Of a stretch of 49,388 bases of DNA, positions 44,375-49,388 are shown piece after piece. The notes under the pieces were generated by a model. It saw only the letters and a program-made list of their open reading frames with translations, had not been told where the DNA came from and ran no database searches. Both the position numbers and the translations under genes were made by a program. The stretch covers positions 1-49,388 of IMG/VR virus record IMGVR_UViG_3300037482_000423. One strand, given 5' to 3'. Within the stretch, counting starts at the first letter, position 1. Each line of letters opens with the position of its first letter. This stretch comes from a virus (lineage: Duplodnaviria > Caudoviricetes).

Positions 44375-44596
44375 ATGAACGAGAACAAAGACATCTTAGA
44401 CCGCCCCAAGAAGCAACCGTCCCTGGTCCCCGGCTGCGGCGGGACCGAGACCCCGATGCACGTCCGGGGCCGGCGGATCCTCTGGTGCTGGGACCAAAAC
44501 CGGACTGGGATCTTCCCGGGCGATCATGTGTATTTGGACCTGGACACGGACCACCCCCTGACGGAGGAAGAAGTCCGGCCTATCCTCGGATACTGA
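44375..44596 (+). CDS. Hypothetical protein
   Basis: PGCGGTETP...GRRILWCW...HVYLDLDTD..LTEEE, leaderless. Confidence 0.6.
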   Translation: MNENKDILDRPKKQPSLVPGCGGTETPMHVRGRRILWCWDQNRTGIFPGDHVYLDLDTDHPLTEEEVRPILGY

Positions 44597-44613
44597 ACCA
44601 AGAAAGCACGAGC

Positions 44614-44928
44614 ATGAAAAGCAACGATAAACTTTGCCCGCTGGGGCTGAAATTCATTCGGTCTGAGAAGGTCTGCACCAACAACGCCTGGGGCTTCGGC
44701 GGACGGCTTGGGGATGACCACTACTACCAGGACGAAGAGGGCCGCGAGTATGTTCACCAAACGGGGAAATTTTATTTCCGGCATCTCGGCCCTGAAGTCT
44801 GTGATCGGGTAGAGGTCCCCGGGGTTGTGAAGCGTTTCACCACAAAACTTTTCAAGGAACTCTACCGTGAGGGGGGCCTTGAGGCACTCCATGCCTACGC
44901 GAAAACGCAAAAATACACGTTATACTGA
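44614..44928 (+). CDS. Hypothetical protein
   Basis: ATG after the junction repeat. Confidence 0.55.
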   Translation: MKSNDKLCPLGLKFIRSEKVCTNNAWGFGGRLGDDHYYQDEEGREYVHQTGKFYFRHLGPEVCDRVEVPGVVKRFTTKLFKELYREGGLEALHAYAKTQKYTLY

Positions 44929-44949
44929 ACCAAGAAAGAACGAGAGACT

Positions 44950-45201
44950 ATGTTTGACAAGACACACATCATTCAATTACCCACCGGGCGGTGGGGCTTC
45001 GTCGGGCGGGTGCCTGTGGCCCTGGCCTACCAGCAAGAGGACGGCAGCGAGCCGACGGCCAAGCAGGCGGAGATCATCCGTGGGTTCGGCCCCCGGTTGG
45101 CGGGGGTGAAAGCCAGGGTTTACGAGACCCGGCTGGAGGCGCACAATGCCCTCCAGGACTTCGAACTGCGGCAGGCATACGAGGGGAGGCCGATCCAATG
45201 A
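44950..45201 (+). CDS. Hypothetical protein
   Basis: HIIQLPTGRWGFVGRVPVALAY; ATG after the junction repeat. Confidence 0.6.
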   Translation: MFDKTHIIQLPTGRWGFVGRVPVALAYQQEDGSEPTAKQAEIIRGFGPRLAGVKARVYETRLEAHNALQDFELRQAYEGRPIQ

Positions 45202-45407
45202 ACGCCGCGATTCTGACCGGGGAATTTGTTCTGGACCCGTCAAGCAAGCAGCAGTTCCGCTCCTGGGAGCGGGGGTTTGACGGCTTTTTCCAGCACCTGG
45301 GCGAGAGCAAATTCAAAACCCGGCACGCCCGGCAGGGGTGGCTTGCCGCCCGTCGGGTGGCGGAGTTGCGGCGCGAACGGCAGTGGCACCGTTTAAAGCA
45401 CGAATAG
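45198..45407 (+). CDS. Hypothetical protein
   Basis: ATGA-coupled. Confidence 0.5.
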   Translation: MNAAILTGEFVLDPSSKQQFRSWERGFDGFFQHLGESKFKTRHARQGWLAARRVAELRRERQWHRLKHE

Positions 45408-45450
45408 GGAGAGGGTTGACACTGCCCTGAATCCAGGCACTTTTTGACCT

Positions 45451-45642
45451 ATGAATTTTTCTGCTTCTGAACTCGGAATTTCCGAGACCGGAAAGGACGG
45501 CCGCCCTCGTGTGAGCATCGGCAAAGGTGACTCCCCACGTAACTGCCAGTCGAACGCGTTTCGGGACAATTATGATTCAATTGACTGGGGGAGAAACCAT
45601 CATGGCAACCAGGAAAAACGCAACTCCAAAAAAGGCAACTGA
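45451..45642 (+). CDS. Small hypothetical phage protein
   Basis: GKGDSPRNC.S..FRDNYDSIDW motif; TTGACA at 45416 upstream. Confidence 0.55.
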   Translation: MNFSASELGISETGKDGRPRVSIGKGDSPRNCQSNAFRDNYDSIDWGRNHHGNQEKRNSKKGN

Positions 45643-46528
45643 AGAGCCTTCGCGGCTCGATACCCTCGTGGAACGGGTAAGGGTTGAGGCCCGAGAGGCT
45701 TACTTGAACCGGCGGATTTTTGAGGCCGCCGAAGCGGCCGCCCGGCGGGACCGGTTTACCTGGCACCTCGCCTTGAGCGTTGCCGGTGCTCTGCTGGGAG
45801 CCGCATGCGTGGCCTTGTTGGTCACCCTGCCGGCCACGGCTCCCTTCTGGGCGGGCCACGCAACCCCGCAACCCCGCATCGTCGCGCCGGCGCAACCCCG
45901 CATCAACGTCTTTGAGACCGCCCGGCAGTCTACGGTGGCTGTCGAGAAGGACGGTCAAATCGTCGGCACGGGGTTCCTTGTGAAGAGCGGCGGGGTGACC
46001 TACCTGTGGACGGCGGCGCATGTCGTGACATGTGATCCGACGTGTGAGCATACCTATGAGGTGACCGTCCGGGTGGAGCATGACGACGTCCTTGTTGGCC
46101 GCCAGCGCTATCAGATCGAGCCGGTGAAGATTGATCCCCTCTGGGACATAGCAGTGTTCCGGGTTTTGGATCCCCCGGTTGTCCCGGGCGTGAAATTTGC
46201 GGGACGTGCTCGGGTGCCCATTGGCACTCCGGTTTTCCAGATCGGAAATATGATGGGTCCCCACCTGGAGGGGAGCGTCACTTTTGGGCGTGTGTCCAAG
46301 CTTGGCCACAACGACGCCAACCTCGGGCTCTGGCCCTTCGATCAAACCGACGTTACCACGATGCCGGGCAGTTCGGGGGGACCCGTGTTTAGCTTGTCCG
46401 GTGAAGTGGTCGGGATGATAATCGGAGGCTTGCGTGAATTTCGGGATCTCGGTTTTATGATCCCGGTTAAAAATCTTCGCGCCTGGGCTGCAAAAGACTC
46501 CGCGATCCTTGACCAGTTCCCCCGCTAG
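45602..46528 (+). CDS. Membrane-anchored trypsin-like (S1/HtrA-type) serine protease
   Basis: TM segment, then GTGF, TAAHV (His), DIAV (Asp) and PGSSGGP (Ser); no PDZ domain. Confidence 0.85.
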   Translation: MATRKNATPKKATEEPSRLDTLVERVRVEAREAYLNRRIFEAAEAAARRDRFTWHLALSVAGALLGAACVALLVTLPATAPFWAGHATPQPRIVAPAQPRINVFETARQSTVAVEKDGQIVGTGFLVKSGGVTYLWTAAHVVTCDPTCEHTYEVTVRVEHDDVLVGRQRYQIEPVKIDPLWDIAVFRVLDPPVVPGVKFAGRARVPIGTPVFQIGNMMGPHLEGSVTFGRVSKLGHNDANLGLWPFDQTDVTTMPGSSGGPVFSLSGEVVGMIIGGLREFRDLGFMIPVKNLRAWAAKDSAILDQFPR

Positions 46529-46535
46529 GGTTATC

Positions 46536-46949
46536 ATGGGGAAGTCGAAAAAAATCAAGGTGGTCGAGAAAACCTATCCCAGGTTTCGACGCCACCAGGT
46601 TGACTCACTCGGGCGAAGGAAATTTAATTACTTCGGCGAGTGCGACAAAGAAAAACAGATAGTATATTTGCACAGCAAACTCAAAGGCCGAAGTCGCCTA
46701 TCAACACTTATCCATGAACTCCTACACGCCACTCAACCCCACTGGTCCGAGTCCAGAGTCAACCGCACAGCCTGCCGGATCTCCCGCGTCCTCTGGGAGC
46801 AGGGATACCGCCGACCCGTTTCTGGCGGTGGACCACCCAAACGATGCCCGCGATATGTTGGTCCGTCCGGATCTGACGATGCGGCAGCGTCAGCACTTGT
46901 CCCGCGTCGCGTTGCAAAAGCGCACCGTCGTCCGCGTCGGAAAGCCTAA
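46536..46949 (+). CDS. Small HExxH zinc-metallopeptidase-like protein
   Basis: GEC...IVYL......RLSTLIHELLHA..P.WSE. Confidence 0.65.
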   Translation: MGKSKKIKVVEKTYPRFRRHQVDSLGRRKFNYFGECDKEKQIVYLHSKLKGRSRLSTLIHELLHATQPHWSESRVNRTACRISRVLWEQGYRRPVSGGGPPKRCPRYVGPSGSDDAAASALVPRRVAKAHRRPRRKA

Positions 46950-47199
46950 GCAGGACCCCGCCGATTACTGGGAGCGCCGGTATGCCGGGTTGGTCATGCG
47001 CCAGTTGGTGCGTGAGGGCAAGAAAGTGAAGAGCCTGGCGCGGCAGTTGGTGCGTCGGCTAACGACGATTCACAAGGAGAGCAAATTCCGCGCGGCCCTG
47101 GAGCAGGAACAGGAAATCCTGATCCGACGCATTCGTGCGTTGCACGAGGAACTGGCAAAACGAAAGGTGGTTTCCAATGGACCGGAGAGCACAATATAG
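46855..47199 (+). CDS. Hypothetical basic coiled-coil protein
   Basis: Fills the gap between genes; start uncertain. Confidence 0.4.
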   Translation: MLVRPDLTMRQRQHLSRVALQKRTVVRVGKPKQDPADYWERRYAGLVMRQLVREGKKVKSLARQLVRRLTTIHKESKFRAALEQEQEILIRRIRALHEELAKRKVVSNGPESTI

Positions 47200-47255
47200 G
47201 ACCGCCTTTTTCGATTATCTGGAAGTCAACCGAAAAAGCAACAAGCCAAAGCAAC

Positions 47256-47948
47256 ATGAAACGGAACTGCAACATGGATACTCCTGGGTCCCTCACCGGC
47301 CGGATTACTCTGGGCCGTGTCCTCCCCGTCGGCGAGCCGGTTGGGCAGACTTCGGCATCTGGTCCTAAGATCGCGATTGTCGGCTACGGCCGACACGGCA
47401 AGGACACCGTCGGCAAAATCTTTTCCAGGATCACCAGCTTGCGTTATGGGGGTTCCACCTCATGGGCTGCGTTGCCGTACGTGTCGGACTACCTGGGGGT
47501 CCACCCGCAACTTGCTTGGGAGACCAGACACGACAACCGGCAATTCTGGAAAGATTTTTGCGATTGGCTGCGCCGCGATGATCCTTGCTTCCTGATTCGC
47601 AAGGTGCTGTTCCGTGGCGACATGGTTGTCGGGATCCGGGACAAGGTGGAGCTGGAAGCCATGCGGGAGCAGAAGCTGGTGGACCTTATCATCTGGGTGG
47701 ATGCCAACCCTCGGATCACGACGGTGGATCACACCGTGACTTTTGGCCCCGGCGATTGCGACCAGATGATCAATAACAATGGGTCTGTTGATTCGCTGGT
47801 TTTGGAGTGTTGCCGGGTGGCGCGCAATCGCCGTCTTGGATTGCTGTATCCAGGTGTTTATGATAATATCGACGACTACCGGCGGCTGGTGAACGCCCCA
47901 ACGGCGCTAGGGTTCTGCGCCCCAACCAACGAGGAAACAAAGCTATGA
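47256..47948 (+). CDS. Deoxynucleoside monophosphate kinase-like P-loop protein
   Basis: IAIVGYGRHGKDTVG, VVGIRD..E, IIWVDA and INNNGS typical of phage dNMP kinases; start may be downstream. Confidence 0.75.
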   Translation: MKRNCNMDTPGSLTGRITLGRVLPVGEPVGQTSASGPKIAIVGYGRHGKDTVGKIFSRITSLRYGGSTSWAALPYVSDYLGVHPQLAWETRHDNRQFWKDFCDWLRRDDPCFLIRKVLFRGDMVVGIRDKVELEAMREQKLVDLIIWVDANPRITTVDHTVTFGPGDCDQMINNNGSVDSLVLECCRVARNRRLGLLYPGVYDNIDDYRRLVNAPTALGFCAPTNEETKL

Positions 47949-48415
47949 TTGAGGAACGCTATTGCTGCGGATTTGTGACGGACGAGTGCCGCATCCGGGT
48001 TTTACTTATCCAGAAAAATCGGCCGGACTGGCAGGCGGGGAAGCTTAACGGCATCGGTGGGCACGTCGAGGAAGGGGAAACCGACCGGGAGGCAATGTCG
48101 CGGGAATTCCAGGAGGAGGCCGGGGTTTGCGTGGACAAGCATCGGTGGAATAACCTTGCAGTGGCCAAGATTTTCGACCCGGTTGACAGGTGCTGTCTTC
48201 AGCGTATCTCCTTTTTCTACCTGGCCAGCAACCAGGTTTTTCAGGCTGCCGGCACCCGGACCGACGAAGAGGTTGGCCGTTACTTCCTGAAGGATATATT
48301 GATCCCAATTCTCCACAAGCCGGTCCCGAATCTTCCTACGCTACTGGCGCACCTCTTGCGGCATTCCCAGGACGGCGACGCGGCAGGCTTCCTCGAATTC
48401 CGTTACACGAGCTGA
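47945..48415 (+). CDS. Nudix hydrolase
   Basis: Nudix box GGHVEEGETDREAMSREFQEEAG. Confidence 0.9.
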   Translation: MIEERYCCGFVTDECRIRVLLIQKNRPDWQAGKLNGIGGHVEEGETDREAMSREFQEEAGVCVDKHRWNNLAVAKIFDPVDRCCLQRISFFYLASNQVFQAAGTRTDEEVGRYFLKDILIPILHKPVPNLPTLLAHLLRHSQDGDAAGFLEFRYTS

Positions 48416-48432
48416 GAACGGCGCGGGTTCCC

Positions 48433-48461
48433 TTGACGGTGCGCCCGCTGAGGGCTAACTT
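48433..48461 (+). promoter_or_regulatory. Candidate promoter (leaderless GTG)
   Basis: TTGACG-N17-TAACTT, then 5 nt to GTG 48467. Confidence 0.5.
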
Positions 48462-48466
48462 TTGAT

Positions 48467-48607
48467 GTGAAGAATAAAACGGCAAACCCCGAGGATGGGC
48501 AGTGCCCCCAGTGTGGAGACCGCTTGGTCTATGCCAACCTGGGAAACGGTGAAGTGGATATTTACTGTGAGGAGTGCGGCTGGCCCGACGAAAACAGACC
48601 TGTATGA
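48467..48607 (+). CDS. Small Zn-ribbon protein
   Basis: Below the ORF-track cutoff: MKNKTANPEDGQCPQCGDRLVYANLGNGEVDIYCEECGWPDENRPV; ATGA-coupled to the next gene. Confidence 0.65.
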   Translation: MKNKTANPEDGQCPQCGDRLVYANLGNGEVDIYCEECGWPDENRPV

Positions 48608-49125
48608 AAATTGGAACGAAATCTTTATTGTTTGGGGTCCACCAGTTTCTCTACCACCCGTGGACCGTGGCGCGTGCTTGGCGATTCCTGTATGGCCGTT
48701 GGCCCAAGGGCTGGGAGTGGGTGGCAATCTTAGTGCATGACTGGGGGTATTGGGGTTGCGAGACCATGGACGGCCGGGACGGGAAGCTGCACCCCAAGCA
48801 GGGGGCGCGGATCATTGGCAAGTTGGCCCGGAAATCAGGCCGGGTTGTCGAGTTGATCGACCTGGTGCTTTACCATTCTCGGTCATTCGCGGCGGCCGAC
48901 AAGCAGCCCCCGTCCAAGTTGTGCTGGCCAGACAAGGCGTCCCTGCTGTTTGATCCTCCTTGGTTTTATTTGCTCCGCGCGCGGCTCTCCGGGGAGTTGG
49001 TGGAATACCGGTTTCGCGCGGCGTTGAGCCGGCACGTTGCGGCGGAATGCTCAGACCGGCAATGGCTGGAATGGCTGAAGTCCAAGGCCGCCCGGGAGGC
49101 CCTGGAAAATGTCGGCGTTAAATGA
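48604..49125 (+). CDS. HD-domain-like phosphohydrolase
   Basis: H...ILVHDWG...HP..GA...YHS...C..DK spacing of HD-fold metal ligands. Confidence 0.55.
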   Translation: MKIGTKSLLFGVHQFLYHPWTVARAWRFLYGRWPKGWEWVAILVHDWGYWGCETMDGRDGKLHPKQGARIIGKLARKSGRVVELIDLVLYHSRSFAAADKQPPSKLCWPDKASLLFDPPWFYLLRARLSGELVEYRFRAALSRHVAAECSDRQWLEWLKSKAAREALENVGVK

Positions 49126-49388
49126 GGGATTATCTTTCCAGCATTCACGGGCTGCTAGACTACCAAGTCGAGTCCACCGAGCACGCGCTGAACGTCGTCC
49201 GCCAACGACGGCGGGCGATCATGGCCGATGACATGGGCGTCGGGAAATGCCTCGGGGCGGGGACCCCCGTCCTAATGTTTGACGGCCGTGTCCTCCCTGT
49301 GGAGGAGCTACGGGAGGGGGATGCAATCATGGGGGACGATTCCACACCGCGTAAAGTTTTATCCGTAAACTCGGGGGAGGGTCCGCTG
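49122..49388 (+). CDS. SNF2/superfamily-2 helicase, N-terminal fragment (runs off right edge), intein-interrupted
   Basis: MRDYLSSIHGLLDYQVE...AIMADDMGVGK (Q-motif plus motif I), followed by intein sequence. Confidence 0.8.
   Translation, partial: MRDYLSSIHGLLDYQVESTEHALNVVRQRRRAIMADDMGVGKCLGAGTPVLMFDGRVLPVEELREGDAIMGDDSTPRKVLSVNSGEGPL
49248..49388 (+). mobile_element. Intein N-terminal splicing region (partial)
   Basis: CLGAGTPVLMFDGRVLPVEELREGDAIMGDDSTPRKV: Hint block A starting with Cys directly after the Walker A Lys. Confidence 0.85.

Noticed and set aside
34397-49345. Minus-strand ORFs in the early region (e.g. 45449-46558, 35940-36632)
   Set aside because: They are antisense to motif-bearing plus-strand genes.
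1-49388. Stop-codon reassignment / alternative genetic code
   Set aside because: Genes tile densely under code 11, TAA/TGA/TAG all end genes with coupled starts, and no suppressor tRNA was seen.

Overview
The window is a segment of a GC-rich, tailed dsDNA bacteriophage genome, with podovirus-like gene order and no obvious host housekeeping genes. From ~33,970 down to the left edge, a minus-strand late region carries a probable small terminase, ~7 kb of accessory cargo, large terminase, portal, scaffold, two glycosyltransferases, major capsid protein, tail fibres/spikes, adaptor, a GIY-YIG homing endonuclease, nozzle, GNAT and three ejection/internal-virion proteins. The cargo includes an FN3 protein, Zn-finger proteins, two more glycosyltransferase-like genes, a serine recombinase, an atypical tRNA-CAT and a polysaccharide pyruvyltransferase. 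From ~34,550 to the right edge, a plus-strand early region carries many small genes driven by a repeated sigma70-like, often leaderless promoter. It includes RadC/JAB, an Rnl2-type RNA ligase, secreted FN3-type proteins, a trypsin-like protease, dNMP kinase, Nudix, an HD-like protein and an intein-containing SNF2-like helicase cut by the window edge. The strand switch holds a ~360-bp in-register inverted repeat around an AT-rich core (origin candidate). The most notable observations are: (i) a five-gene glycan-building set woven into the packaging/capsid region, including an HTH-glycosyltransferase fusion; (ii) tandem NrdR-box-like sites with no RNR gene in the window, next to 19-bp palindromic repeats in the non-coding region after TerS; (iii) early promoters whose -35/-10 spacers are dyad-symmetric but differ in sequence. 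All functional calls come from motif recognition and gene context by eye; no database searches were run.
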